Source: Narcine bancroftii (Eukaryota). Taken from it: a stretch of 64,000 nt of DNA. A model generated the notes under the pieces. It saw nothing but the letters and a program-made list of their open reading frames with translations, searched no databases and was not told the origin of the DNA. Below are positions 12,715-27,026 of this stretch, one piece after another; position 1 is the first letter of the stretch; every line of letters begins with the position of its first letter. The translations under genes were made by a program, and so were the position numbers. The stretch covers positions 191,332,001 through 191,396,000 of the forward strand of contig NC_091470.1 of the NCBI RefSeq assembly GCF_036971445.1, written 5' to 3'.

Positions 12715-15075
12715 TAATGGACAGCAGGATGGTCCCCGACGTGAACTTCCTGCGGAAGGAGAAAATTTGTTCGTGAGGGGTAATATTGGTGGCGGTACAG
12801 AGCAGCGACCTGATTGCGAAGAGCACCTCGGGAATGACCTCCTGCCAGTGAGAGACAGGCAGACCCCTGGATGACCTTCCACACGGTGGCATTTTCCCTC
12901 TTCACTTGGTTGGTCCCTAGTGGTCCTGTTGGTAGTGATACCTCTGGCCAGCAGGTATTGGCACAGTTCATTGCTCGTGAATGAGGACCCCTGGTCACTG
13001 TGGACATATGACAGGTGCCTGAATTGGGTGAACAAGTTATGCAGATGATTGTGGTGGTGGTCATATCTGGGCACGGGATGGCAAAGGGGAAACATAAATA
13101 CTCATCGCTAACCATGAGGAAAGACACGTTGCGGTTGATGGAGGGAAGGGGGCTCTTGAAATCCATACTCAGGCTTCAAATTATTGTGTGGCTTTCATCT
13201 GATGAGCCCTGTCTGGCTGGTAGAAGTGCAGTTTGCACTCCGCGCAGACCCAGCTGTCCCTGGTCACATCATGTCTCTTAGCTCCCCGATGGAGTACAGC
13301 AGGTTATGAGATTTGATGAAGTGGAAAAATCTCATAATAATGGGGTGGCAGAGGTCATTGTGGAGGGTCCTGAGGTGATCTATCTGTGTGTTGGCACGTC
13401 CCTCAGGATAGGGCATCTAGGAGCTCGCTGAGCTCCCGCCCCGTACAGGATATCATAATTATAGGTAGAGAGTTGTTAAACATCAATGTCATGGCCCGTT
13501 GGACTGAGAACGGGGTAAAACATCTTTCGGCCAGGTAACGCCTCCAGTGCCATATCGCCTCAACTATTACCTGAGCCTCTTTCTCAACGGAGGAGTGTCA
13601 GATTTCAGGGCCCTGGAGGGTACAGGAGTGCCGGTCAGGGTGAAGTCAGATGCATCGCTCTTGACCTGGAACGGGGCAGATTCATCCACCGTATGCATGG
13701 CGACTTTAGCGATATCTGCTTTTATGCAACTGAAGGCTGCCCAGGTCTCTCTTGACAAGGATGTGGATGATGAGGGGGTGGGCTTTGTTTGCATAATCAG
13801 GCACCCACTGGGCATAATAGAAAAAGAACCCAGGCAAGTTCTCAGGGCCGTGAGGCTGTGGGGGAGGGGGAGTTCTAGCAGTGGGCGCATGCAGTCGGGA
13901 TCAGGGCCAATAACTCCATTCACTCCAACACAGTCAGGCGGGTAGTGCGGTAAACAATTGTCCCTGTTGTAGGTGAGGTTTAGGCATTTGGCTGTTGTGA
14001 GGAATTTCTGGAAGTTGGTGTTGTTATCTTGCAGGACGTGGCCGCAGATCATGATGTTATCCAGGTAGGGGAAGGTGGCGCGCAGGTCATTTTGGTCCAT
14101 CTTCCGCAGAAAAACAGAGAAGCTGTTAGTATCACCAAAGCAGATCCTGAGGAAATGGTAGAGGCAGCCGTCTGCCTTGAAGGCAGTGCATTAACGGTCC
14201 TCTGGACTTATGGGGAGTTGGTGGTAGGCAGATTTCAGGTTAATTGTGAACGATTCGATTGACCATGTCCGCAAGTGAGGGAGGGGGTACATATCCAGCT
14301 GTGTGCAGTGGTTAATAATCTGGCTATAACCAATCACCATCCTGTGATTTCCCTCCACTGTTAACCACTGCGACTCGAGCTCTCCACGGGCTGATACTGG
14401 GCTCGATGATCCCCTCGTTCAGAACAACCTGTCCCTTTCACTGTATCGCCTGCTTTTTGTAGTAACTGGCTTTCATTTTGGGGTGAGTTTCGCGAACAGT
14501 GGTGGGGGATCAATATGGAGGGTAGAGAGACTGCGTGTCAGTTGGGGCAGTGGGGGAGGGGGTGTTGGTGGGAGGTGGCATGCTGACGAACTGCAGGTTG
14601 CTGACAGTGAGGGGGAAGAGGATCATCGTATTGCATTGTGACACTCTTGGGGTGGCATTGAAAGTCCAACCCCAGCAGCACTGGGGACCCTGTAAGTCAT
14701 GCCCTGCACAGCCACCGTCACAGTGGTGTGGCTGTGGATCTCACCTGAGTGGGACTTTAAGGCCATGGCAACTTTATAGTTTATAGGGAATTAACACTGC
14801 ACTGTATCGGGGTGAATAAAACTCTCAGTCCTCCCGCTATCGAAAAGGCATTGATCGAGATGTCCATCATAGACTGGGAGAGATAATGCGGACATTTCTG
14901 GTCCAGCATTACAGAGGCTAGTGTCGGTTCGTGGTCTAGCCCATGTGACACGTATTCTGGAAGTATAATGTAGCAGCATGGTTATCCCTCGAAGTTGGTG
15001 GTGTCCAGATGATGGCTATCATGTCACGGCATGGTTGACCCTGGATGCTGATGGTAGCCCAGATGGGGGCTCCAA
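12715..15075 (-). mobile_element. Gypsy pol (protease-RT-RNaseH-integrase remnants); gag and LTR continue at 21670-22376
   Basis: CLFDSGRTESFIHP (protease), ATFPYLDNIMICG (RT), FQVKSDASD (RNase H), VHSDQGSSFTS (integrase). Confidence 0.85.
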
Positions 15076-18000
15076 ACATTTTCATCTATCCCTCTATTTA
15101 AATCAAGTTCCCATTTCATTCTTGACTTATGTAATAACTTTTCCAACTTAGAAATAAATTTATTTGTTTCTTCCTTAGTGAGCAATAATTCTAAAGCAGA
15201 TTGTCTAGATAATTTTAAACTATGGCCAATTTTTCCAATAAAAACGTTTTAACCTGATAATAACAAAAAAATGTATTGCTGGGAACTTGAAATTTCTCCT
15301 TCATTCAATTAAAACTTCCCTGCTTCAAAGCAATCTTCAACTTTTTTAATCCCCAATTGATTCCATATATTTAAAAACTGATTATTTACAGTAGAAGGAA
15401 AAAAGTTTATTTTTGCCAAAAATCTTTTCCTTTCCACCCATCTCGTAATCAATCTTATTCCCTATTTCAATTTCAAAATTGGTGGATCCTTACCAATTAA
15501 CAACTTTGAATTCCATTTATAAATAAATTCGGACATAGACTTCTCATCAATTTTATCTAACTCTATATTTGCCCAAATATAATATTTATTTAAATCAAAC
15601 ATTACATTAATAAATTTCAATTGTGCAGCTTTATAATAATTTTGAAAATGTGTAAGTTGTAAGCTTTCTAATTCAAATTTCCAAGTTAATTTCTCCAAAG
15701 ATACCCTATTCAGGTTCCCCCTTCCATAAAAATTTCCTTAAAATTAATTTAAGGTCTTTAAAATTTTCAGGGGGCATTAAACAAGGAATAGATTAAAAAA
15801 AAAGATATTGAATCCTTGGAAAAACATTCATTTTAATACAATTCACTCTGCCTATTAAAGTAAAAGGTAAATTGTCCCATCTGTTTAAATCATCTTTAAT
15901 TTTATTAAATAATGGAACATAATTTAACTTTACAAATTATCTAAATTTTTTTAATCAATTCTAATACCTAAATATTTAATTGGATTATATGTCCATTTAA
16001 ATTGAGCTACATGTTTACAATGATCATAAACTCCTTCTACTAAGGGCATAACTTCACTTTTATCCCAATTAATTTTATAACCAGCTTTTCATATAAATAG
16101 ATTAAAGATTTTTCAGGATCTGTTATATAAATCAATACACAATCTGCAAACAAACTAATTTTATACCCCTCATTATTCACTTTAATATGAACATCTTGCC
16201 TTATTGATAGTGCCAATGGTTCAATTGCTGAAACAAATAATGCAGGAGATAAAGGACAACCTTGTCTGGTCAATCATGTTAATGATTATGTTATACAATC
16301 GTGTTATCTTATACAAAGGATAAAAAATCCTTTTCTTTTTCAATCTTTTTATTATTATTATAATTTATAAACACATACAGTTCAAAGAGATATAAAAAAT
16401 ACATAGTAAGTAATGAATTAATACAGAGATATTAAACAATAATATTACAGAATAAAAATATATCATAAAAAAAATTTAGATCAGTTTAGGGTGTGAACTA
16501 TCTCTAAAAAAAGATATAATTAATAACAATATATGAAAAAAGAGAAAAAAAAACCCAAAAAAAGAAGAAAAAACAAATCTGAATTAAAAATACTTTAAAA
16601 AAAAACTTTAAAAAAAAACCTACAGATATAGCTAAACCAGAGGGAGGGTTGGCATTACCCAACTTTAGAATTTATTACTGGGCAATTAATATTAGTTACT
16701 TAAGGTATTGGTTGAATTATTCAGAATTATCTCTAAATCCCCATTGGGTAAATTTAGAAATTAAACCGATACAAAATTTTGCAATTAGCTCTATTTTGGG
16801 AGCTGCTCTCCCTTTTACTCTTACTAAATTATATAAACAAATCGATAATCCAATGGCTAAACATACACTACGTATATGGTTTCAATTCCGGAGATTTTTT
16901 GGCCTAAGTCATTTTATCTTGGAAACTCCTATTGTACTAAATTTCCTTTTTCATCCCTCTTTAATTGATCAAGCTTATTTTCTCTGGAAAGTTAAAGGTA
17001 TAACATGCTTTTCAGATTTATTCTTGGATAACTCTTTCATGTCATTTGAACAATTATCCATGAAATATGATTTACCTCGATCTCATTTCTTTCGATATTT
17101 GCAGATTAGGAGTTTCTTAGTTTCGACTTTACCCTCTTTTCCCAATCGGGAGACTACGACTGTTTTAGAGGATATACTATATTCAAAATTCCCTCCAAAA
17201 GGTGTGATATCTAAATTATATAATATAATTACAAAAATAAATTCTGGGACTTTTGAAAAGTTTAAAAATGATTGGGAAAGAGAACTCAACCTTCATATTT
17301 CCAATGAAAATTGGAATAAAATTCTGCGACTGGTAAACTCTTCTTCTCTATGTGCAAAACATTCACTAAAGTTGTTCATAGAGCTCATATGTCTAAAGAT
17401 AAACTCCATCGCTTTTATTCTCATATCGATCCTAAATGTGATAAATGTCAATTGGAAATAGCTTCCCTTACACATATGTTTTGGTCCTGTCCCTCTTTAC
17501 AGAATTATTGGAAGGAAATTTTTTCCATTATATCTACTGTTTTGAATATTGATTTACAACCACATCCCATTACTGCAATTTTTGGATTACCTGTGATAGA
17601 TTTGACTTATTTATCTCTTCCTGCGGATCGTATGATTGCTTTTCTTACACTAATGGCTAGAAGATCTATACTATTGAATTGGAAAGAGGTTAATCCTCCC
17701 ACTGTTTTTCAATGGTTTACCCAAACTATACTATGTTTAAATTTAGAGAAAATTAGAAACTCTGTCTATGAATCCCCTTCTAAGTTTGAGTTAACCTGGT
17801 GACCATTTATTCAATATTTTCATTTGTGGTGAGTTGATCTGGCTCTGTTTTCTTTCTATGATTATGTATGATAATTGGGCTGTAAGATGAGATTGGAGTG
17901 ATTGGCGTGAAGGATAAAAAATCCGAAGGATTTCTATATAAAGCTTTAATCAAATTCATAAATATTGGCCCAAATTAAAATTTTTGTAAAACCTTAAATA

Positions 18001-21000
18001 AATAATTCCATTCTAATCTATCAAAAGCTTTTTCTGCATCTAATGATAAAACTAATGCTGGATTCGATTGGCTCTGAGAACTATGAATTAAACTAATTAA
18101 TTAGCTATATTATCAGCAGAATACCTTTTCTTAATAAATCCAAATTGATCTAAATTAACCAACTCAGGTAAATATTCATTTACACTATTATCCATAACTT
18201 TAGCAACAGTTTTATAATCAACAATATAGTACTAATCTATTTCTTAACAATATAATAACAATATAGGTCTATAAGAATCAGGTTTTAATAAATCTTTATC
18301 TTTCTTAGGTAGAACTGTTATTACAGCATTTGAAAAGTATTCTGGTAATGAACAAGTTAATATCACTTGTTTTAATACTTCCATTAATAAAGGCATCAAT
18401 AAATCTTTAAACTTTTTACAAAATTCAGACGTAAAGCCATTTTCACCAGGAGATTTCACATTTTTCATAAAATTTGAAGCCTTAATAACTTCCTTCAACG
18501 TAATTCATTTACTTCAACGTAAATGGAGAATCTAAATCTTTCTGAGCTTGGCAATTCAAAGATGAAAGTTGAATCTTCTGCAAAAAATATCATCAATATC
18601 TTCTTCATTATCCAATGATTGAGATGAATATAACTTAGTAGAATACTCTTGAAAAGAATCATTTATATTCAGTAATTTTTGAATTCTTCTTGACTGCATT
18701 AATAACCCTTGATGTTTGCTCCATTTTCAATTGCCAAGCTCAAATCTTATGTGCTAATTTTCCTAATTCACAATATTTTTGTTTAGTTCTATAAATTAAT
18801 TTCTCAATCATATGTCTGAATTCAATTATAATACATTTTTTTATTTATCAATTCTAACCTTATTTTCTGATGGTTTTTTGTTGAAAATGTTTTTTTCCAA
18901 AATTGCAATTTCCTTCTCTAATTTATCTACTTCCTTAAGATAATTTTTCTTAATTTTAGTCAAATAACATTATTTGGCCTCTTAAATAAGTTTTTAATGC
19001 ATCTGATAAAACACATTCATTATCAACTGAATAAATATTTGTATCTAAATACATCTGTATTTGACTTCTCATAAAATCACAAGATTCTATATTTTTTTAG
19101 TAATTATGAATTAAATCTCCATCTATAAACTGTTTCAATTATATCAGAATTTGAATATGACATCAATAATGGTGAATGGTCTGATACAATTCTAGGTTTA
19201 TATTGTACATACTCAATCCTTCCTTGTAAATGAGCCAAAATTAAGAAAAATCTATTCTGGAATAAAAAACTAAACCGATAAGAAAAAAAGGAATAATCTC
19301 TCTCTCTTTAGGGTTAAATTTCTCCAAATATTTACCCAATTTAACTCTTCCAATAATGTCAATATTCCTTTAGCTATTTTCATTTTCATTAAAGATTTCG
19401 TAGATTTATCTAAAATTGGGTCCAAGCAACAATTAAAGTCTCCACTGATTATTATATTTCTATTTACTTGTGCCAAATTAAGAAAAGCATCTTGAATAAA
19501 TTTTTCATCATCCATATTAGGAGCATACACATTCATAAAAATCCAAGATTCAGAATAAATTTGAAAATTTACCAACACAAATCTACGAAGAGGATCAATG
19601 ACTGTCGATTGTAATTTAAATGGAATTTTTTTATTAATTAAAATAGCTACTCCTCGCACTTTAGAGTTAAAAGATGAAGCTATAACTTCACCAACCATTC
19701 CCTCTTTAACTTTTGATGTTCTTTCTCCATTAAATGAGTTTCCTGTAAAAAAGCAATATCTACTTTCAGCTTCTTAATATGAGCTAAAACTCTTCCTTTT
19801 AATTGGATTATTGAGCCCATTCACATTAAACATTACATAATTCAAATCTTGTGTTACCATAATTTAATTTTAAAAATACTCAACCCTCCTCTCCACCCTG
19901 GGTCATCCCAGCTCCACAGCCAACTTTCAAAACATACCATCTCCAAAGATAGAAAGTAAGAAAACCAAAAATTATTATTTTTTTAAATGCAAAAGCACTG
20001 ATTAGGTCAGCACTAACTCCCTTAATAACGAGAAGTTGCCCTTGCCACTAGTGGTATGAGGCCTGGGGAGAGGAGAGCAAAAAAAAAACGAGAATCCCCC
20101 AGAAATTTGATTTCAGTCAGTCAAGTACGATAAGCTTCTTCAAGGTCTCTATTAACTTGATCATCATCAGTTTCAACTTGAGCCTCAGTCGGCAGTCTTC
20201 CAGGTGAAATCCCTCCTTTCAATTTTTCTTGATCCCCTTCAATTTGTTGAGATACACAAGATTGCCTTCCATTCTGCTTAATATTAGGTAGCAAATTGGC
20301 AAATTCCAAAGTCTCGCACTCATGAGAAAAAAAATTGACCTCGATATTGCCCATAAAAGAACCGCTGGGTATCGAAAAGCAAATTTTTATGCCTTCTTCC
20401 GCAAAACTGATTTTGCTGGATTAAATTCTTTTCTTCTTTTGACACTTTCATTACTCAGATCTGCACAAATAAAATACTCTATTATTCTGGATCATTAAAA
20501 GGGCTTTATTGTTCCCTGGGCTTTTTGAACTCCCATTTTTTTTAATTATTTCCCTATCTTGGTAACATAGACATTTAAGAGTGTGGTGGTTGTCCCGGAT
20601 ACGGTTATTTTCCTATGTGCTCTATCAAGTTCCAAACCATTAGGAAAATTCTCTGGTCCCAAAATTTCAGGCAGCCAATTTTGAAAACATTTTACTGGAT
20701 TATTGCCTTCAAAGTTCTCAGGCAACCAACAATTTTCACATTATTTCTCCGACTCTGATTTTCCAACATATTGCAATAAATATTTCTTCTGAATTTCCCA
20801 CGCCGTAAAAGAATCTTCTGTCTTCTTAACTGTATCTTTACATTCTTCTACCTTCATATGACATTCCTGGAAATCTTCTTCAAACTTTTGAACTTTAATT
20901 TTAATTTTATCAAGAGTTTTATTACACTTTGTCTTCATGGCAGTCATTTTTTCTCTAATAGCCCCCAATTGATTAGTAAAATCAGCTTTCACTTCAGCAA

Positions 21001-21670
21001 AGCTTGTATCCATTTTTTTGACTAATTGAATCCATTTTTTTAAAAATCTGTGGAGCAAGAGGATTTTGGGGTAACATAATCTGCACCCATTTTACCTTGA
21101 ATATATTGGTCTCTGCCTCCTTCTGATTCCTCTCCTCTTCAACTCCTAGTTCTTCTTCTCCCTCCTCCATTTAAGTTGCCAAAGGTTGAAACTGCAGGTG
21201 GACTTTTTGCTTAGCCCTTATTGACCTGCAATCACAGACTGAGTCAAGTCCACAGACTCTGACTCGATCGCTTCTGTAGCGCTCATGCACGGAACTTCGC
21301 ACATGCACATGTGTTTCCACAATCAACTCCGTAATTTTCTTCCGTGCTCCAGCACTATCTTCCCCAGCTCCCCAAGAAGGTGGCACTGGAGTCTGAATCC
21401 TTCTGAACCGCAAAGCCTTCAACAGTTGGTGTTGGAAAGGAACCAGAATTGGAGGCTGAGTCTTCAAGGCAGACCCAGTTTCTTCCATGAAAGTAACTTC
21501 AGTTGTAGCCAAGTTTTTTGCAGTTTGTCTTCTGGATTTTTTTTTTGCAGTCATCTTTTGAGACCTCTAGGAAAATTTTGAAGTTATTTAATATTTATTT
21601 TTTAAAAATCAGGTATTAATTAATTCTGCCAAGAAAGGTGTTTTCCACATCTTTTCCCTATGCCATCACG
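15076..21670 (-). mobile_element. Near full-length, decayed AT-rich L1 LINE (5'UTR, ORF1, ORF2; 3'-truncated) inserted in the Gypsy element
   Basis: Coiled-coil ORF1 remnant (20741-21058); endonuclease (NVYAPN...SGDFNCCLDP); RT (KSPGENGFTSEF, YRPI, TRQGCPLSPALF, ISLFAD). Confidence 0.9.
16331..17909 (-). mobile_element. Younger L1 insertion with 5' inversion (minus-strand 3' tail 16331-~16638, inverted ORF2 C-terminus ~16632-17909)
   Basis: Perfect 15-bp TSD aaggataaaaaatcc at 16316-16330 and 17910-17924; GGLALPNFRIYYWA and CCHC knuckle (CDKC...HMFWSC) on the plus strand. Confidence 0.9.
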
Positions 21671-22376
21671 CCACGGCTGCCTTCTGAGTCCAACTACTCT
21701 GCTTGAGTAGCCTCTGGCACATGTCATCTGACCTGACACCTGACATAGGTATCCCGGATCATGTCCTTCATGTTATGGGTGGCCAACACTGGCTGGAGTC
21801 CACGCAGGACCTAGAGGAACTTGTCACTCGATTCACCCAATCACTGTTTGCGGGTAGCCAGTGTGTACCTGGTGAATACCTCATTAAATTGCTCCCTGTA
21901 CAGGTCCTTGTGTATGTTCATCACCTACGTGTATGTTGAGGGGTCCCTGATCATCGGGGACACTCGATGTCTGACCAAAGAGAAGAAACAGGTGCAGTTT
22001 GTTCGCCTCTGTGGCCACGACTCCAGTGGAGTTCTGTAGTAAGACCTCAAAGCAGCATAGCCAGAGTTCAAAGCAGTCCGAGGCTTTTTCTGATTGTGGG
22101 TCGATCTCCAGCTTATCGGGATTCAAGAGTTGTTCCATCTTTGGGGAAAAAATTGTAAATAAAATCGATGCCCTATTGATAACTCAAAAGACTGGAGTTA
22201 CAGATCTTTTATTTACAGTAAACTTAAAGGTCATCCTGTGCTGTGACCCAGGTTTTCTGGGGAGGGGTTATGGTGTTGGAGCTTTTATACATTTATACAG
22301 GGTCAAGAGGGAAGAGCCAGGGGTCCAGTCACAGAGCGGGGAGGAGTCGGATTAATGAGTGTACAGCAGTTCACTC
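21670..22376 (-). mobile_element. Gypsy gag 5' end and LTR (partner of 12715-15075)
   Basis: MEQLLNPDKLEIDPQ...FELWLCCFE gag N-terminus, same family as 53460-53726; LTR-like segment with AATAAA ~22165-22376. Confidence 0.75.
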
Positions 22377-22899
22377 ACCAAGCCCAGCTCTTCGCTCCCC
22401 TCTTTCATCCATTGGATTCCCCGGCTCTGCTTCTCCATGTCCAGTCCTCAGCATCTCTCCTCCTCCCCCCCAGGCCATGAAGCTCAGCACCCAGGTCCCT
22501 TCGCCCTCTGGCCCTGGCGGATCGGCAGCCTCTGACCCACTGGGCCTCCATGCTCTTCGGGTCAAACTCTCCCCATTTCCCCGCTCACCCTGCACGTCCA
22601 TTCCCACTCTCTCCAGCCCTCTCGCTTCTCAGTCTCAGCGGCCTTGGTGAAAAAGTGAGGGGCGGAGGGAGCACCCAGCACCAGACATCATGGGAGGCCT
22701 GGTGGTTGCACCTGGGCTACAGGCTGACATCAACAGTGCGCCCCTAAGCAGCTGCACCCAACGGCCTTTATGGAATGAGATGGAGCGACTTGTTCCACTC
22801 CACTTATGGGACTATCCCCCCCACCCTCGGACGGTTTGGAGTCCACAGTCAGTGGCCTCTGTCAGCCTTTATATAAAGGGAGGTGAAGCAATGTAAAGG

Positions 22900-23550
22900 T
22901 GGAGATTAACTGCCTGTACATTTGCTTTTTATTAACCACGAGAAAAAGACTTACAGACACACAAGAGTACATAATAAACACAAAGATACATAAATAAAGA
23001 TATTTTAATATCTTGGGCTGATTTACTCAGATACAGCATCAAGCTCCTAACCTGTGGGAAGAACCTATTCCCCAGCCTGGCAGCCCTGATTTAGATTCCC
23101 CTTCTACCTTCTTTCTGTGGGTCAAAGACACTGAGTGCTGGATGGAAAGGCTCCTCGATAATTTTTTCAGCCCTACTTAAGCAACATTCCCAGTAAAAGT
23201 CATGAATAAAGGAGAGGGAGAGTGCAGTGATTTTGGCCATTTTAACGATTCTCTGTACAGGCTGTTTGATGCATTGTCGCCACCGCCCACACCGTGATGT
23301 AGCCAGACAGGATTGAATGATCAAATGGCCGAAGGTAGCCTTGGCCTCCCCGACCTCCTCAGGAAGGGTGGGCACTGCTGCTCCTTCCTGACTCCCAAGG
23401 AGGTGGTGTGGTCCCAGAATCGGTCGCCAATTTTATATACATGCTCGCCAAGGAACTGGGTGCTCTCTGGTCTCTCCAGGAGGGAACCAATGATTCGTAA
23501 GTAACAATGTTCGGTCAAACTTCATCCTCCTGAAATCCATAATCATCTCT
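22900..23550 (-). mobile_element. Rex1/Babar-type LINE 3' part
   Basis: CLSRAEKIIEEPFHPA motif and typical tail. Confidence 0.65.
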
Positions 23551-23554
23551 TTGT

Positions 23555-23880
23555 CCCTCCCTCACTTGTTTAATCCCCCTTTCAACCAACTCGCCCTCTA
23601 TCCCTCCCTCACTATTTAACCCCCTCCCACTCCCTCTCTGAACCACCCTCACTGTTTAACCCCCACCCACTCCCCGTGTTCCACCTTCACTGTTTAACCT
23701 CCCACTCACTCCACCTCTGTCGCATCCTCACTCTTTCATCCTCACCCACTCCCCCTCTGTCCCACCCTCACTGTTTAACCCCACACCCACTCCCCCTCTG
23801 CCCCACCCACTCCCCTTCTGCCCCACCCTCACTCTTTCACCCCCACCCACTCCTCCTTTCTCCTGATACTTTCCTGTTTA
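23555..23880. repeat. Degenerate C-rich tandem repeat (ccctcactgtttaacccc...cactcccc)
   Basis: About eight diverged ~40-bp units visible. Confidence 0.7.
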
Positions 23881-24374
23881 ACAACAGACAATTGCATTTT
23901 ACTGGCCCTTCAGCTTGTGTTGGGATGTCAGGTAAAACTACCCTTAGAAAGATTTAGAACACAGAGCAGTACAGCAGGGTGTTTCCTCGTCTCCCCCAAT
24001 GTGTTACTGACCAATATAAAATCTACCGTTTCTGCCACGTTTCCTCTCCCCTTAGCTGCTGCACGGCCTGAGGGCCGTTTCAAGCATTCTCCTTTATTTC
24101 AGATTTCTAGCATCTGCAATGATGTCCTCTCACAGTTCCATCACTATAATTTACCCATCTCCCCTGCCCCCCCCCCGTTCTTCATCATTAACACCTCCCA
24201 CAGACACCTCAGCTGCGCCAAGTGGTGGACCCACAACTCCCCTTTGTTAGTCAGGAATGTGCAGCAGTAGCTACACTTCCAAAGGAGGTTGCGGAGGGCA
24301 AGGGTACCGGCCCCCACCTCGACCACATTATACGGGAGCACAACTGAGAGCAACCTGTCTGCCTGTATCATACT

Positions 24375-25700
24375 GAGGGATATGTCATTGTGTGGGGTAC
24401 GTCATCATGTGGGACACAGTCATCATGTGGGCCACTGTGATTATGTGAGACACTCTCATCGTGTGGGACATACCAGTGGGTAGAACACGTCATCATGTGG
24501 GACACATTATTGTGTGGGACACATTATTGTATGGTTCATGTCATTGTGTGAGACGCGTTATTGTGTGGGACGTGTTATCGAATGAAACACATAATTGCGT
24601 GGAACATGCTATTGTGTGGGGCACGTTGTGTGTGTCACATTATTTGGGACACATCATTTGTGGACATGTCATTGTGTGGGACATGATGTTGTGTGGTTCA
24701 TATCATCATGTGGGAGATGTTATCATGTGGGACACGTTATTGTATCGGACTTGTTATTTTGTGGGACACGACATCGTATGGGCCACATTATTGTCTCGGA
24801 CATGTTATCATGTGGGACAAGTTATTTTGTGGGACACATCACCATGTGGGACATGTCGTTGTGAGGAAGAGAATATTTTGTGGGACATGTTATTGTGTGG
24901 GACATGTTATTGTGTGGGACACGTTATTGTGTGGGACTCATCATTCTGTAAGGCACATCATCATGTAGGACACATTATTGTTGGGACACTGTCATTTTAT
25001 GGGACACGTTGCCATTTGGGGCATGTCATTCTGTTGGCCACGTCATTCTGTGAGGCACATCATCCTGTGGGGCACATCATCAAGTCGGACACATCATTGT
25101 GTGGGACACATCATCGGGTGGGACACGTCATTGTGTGGACACATCATCATTTGGGACCTGATATTGTGTGGGAAACATCATTGTCTAGGACATGCCATCA
25201 TGTGGGACACATTACTGTGTGGGACACTGTCATCATGTGGGACACTGTTATCATGTGGGACATGTTGTCATGTGGGACACGTTATTGTGTGGGACACGTC
25301 ATCATGTAGGACACGTCATTGTGTGGAACATGTCATCATTTGGGACCTGATATTGTGTGGGAAACATCATTGTCTGGGACATGCCATCGTGTGGGACACT
25401 GTCATCATGTGGGACACTGTTATCATGTGGGACATGTCATTGTGTGGGACACGTTATTGTGTGGGACACATTATTGTCTGGGACATGTCATCGTGTGGGA
25501 CACTGTCATCATGTGGGACACTGTTATCATGTGGGACATGTCATTGTGTGGGACACGTTATTGTGTGGGACACATTATTGTGTGGGACATGTCATCGTGT
25601 GGGACACGTTACTGTGTGGGACATGTCATCGTGTGGGACCCGTTATTTTGTTGTACATGTCATTGTGTGGGACCCGTTATTGTGTGGGACATGCTATTGT
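24375..25700. repeat. ~1.3-kb minisatellite, 17-19-bp unit (TG)TGTGGGACAYGTYATYR
   Basis: Dozens of TGTGGGACA cores, more homogeneous toward the 3' end; lies between Rex1-type fragments. Confidence 0.95.
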
Positions 25701-25704
25701 CAGG

Positions 25705-26980
25705 CGTATTGCCGATGATACCATGGTAGTGGGTTGTATAAAGGAAGGGGATGAGTTAGCATAGAAGATGGAGATTGAAAACTTGACTGAATGGTGCCCC
25801 AGCAACAACCTTGTATTCAATGTCACCAAACGAAAGAGCTGATTGTTGACTTCAGGAAAGGAAAAGCCAGGGTTGGCACCAGAATGAATGTTAGAGGGGG
25901 CATTAGAGTGTTGGGGGGGCTACAGTGCAATACTTGCAAACTTGCTCGGGTGGGGTGTTGGATGCTGGGACCTACCTGCTGACGAACGATAACACCATCT
26001 GCCCCTTCAACGTAGGAGATGAGGGTGCTGCTTTTATTGTGTCAAGTGTCACTAGATGCTAGTGACACAGCCAGGGGTGAGCAGAGAGTCTATAGCATGC
26101 GTCAAGCTAGACACTAGCGATGCGGGATGGGGTGGGGGAGGGTGGGTCTGACGACGAGCAATGGCCACAACTGTATTGGGGGACAGCACCTCGCTTGGGG
26201 AGGGACAATGCCTGTGGATTCCCCCCCCCTCCTTTTGATGCCAAGCCTGGGAAAATCAATGATCATTGGGTGATCAGAGGTGGAGAGGGTGAGCACATTT
26301 AACTACATGGGAGTCACTATCTCGGAGGATCTTTCCTGGACCCAAAACACTCATGGCATCATGAAGTAAGAACATCAATGCCTCAACTTCCTCAGGAGTT
26401 TGTGGAGGAGGTTTGGTCTGACACCAGAAACCCTGGCAAATTTCTGCAGAGGTGTAGTGGAAAATGTGCTGACCGGCTGCATCATGATTTGGTATGGGAA
26501 CAATCCTTATGGAGGGCTTTACACTCAGAACATCACGGGCAAGACCCTTCCTACTATTGAATGCCTCTGCAGGGAACGCTGCCGTCGGCGAGCAGCAGCG
26601 CATCATCAAAGACCCTCACCACACACTCCTGCCATCAGGAAAGAGGTCGAGGTGCCACAAGACTCGCTCCACCAGGTTCAGGACCAGCTGCTACCCCTCC
26701 GCCATCCTCAACAACAAACTCATTTAAAAGGACTCTGACTCTTTATTGTTTGTTGTTGCACAGTCAGTTGTTTATATTTCATTATTTAGTCGTGTCTATC
26801 CTTCGAGGTCGAGGATTGATGGTCTTCGTTCAATGTTGTACAGAGCGAAGACGCTTGTGCATGTATTTGTTTAATGTGTACTTCATGCTGCAATGTGGTG
26901 CATGTGTACGTTGTGTTGTTATTTTTTTGCACTATCACTAAGTGGCAATTCTGCCTCGCCCACAGGAAACAAATCTGAAA
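25705..26980 (+). mobile_element. Rex1/Babar LINE 3' half containing a hAT MITE and a small RTE-tail-like insert (~26786-26905)
   Basis: ADDTMVVGCI, TKELIVDFRK, VENVLTGCIMIWYG, LLPSGKR motifs. Confidence 0.8.
25868..26249. mobile_element. 382-bp hAT-type MITE
   Basis: TIRs CAGGGTTGGCACCA / CAGGCTTGGCATCA (12/14); 8-bp TSD ggaaaagc (25860-25867) / ggaaaatc (26250-26257). Confidence 0.85.
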
Positions 26981-27026
26981 TCTGAGCACATGCCCGATCC
27001 CAACGAGGCTTCAAAAATAAATCCTA

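Noticed and set aside
24461-25764. Long Cys/His-rich ORFs (up to 282 aa)
   Set aside because: They are translations of the TGTGGGACA minisatellite, open in all three frames; no promoter or splice evidence.
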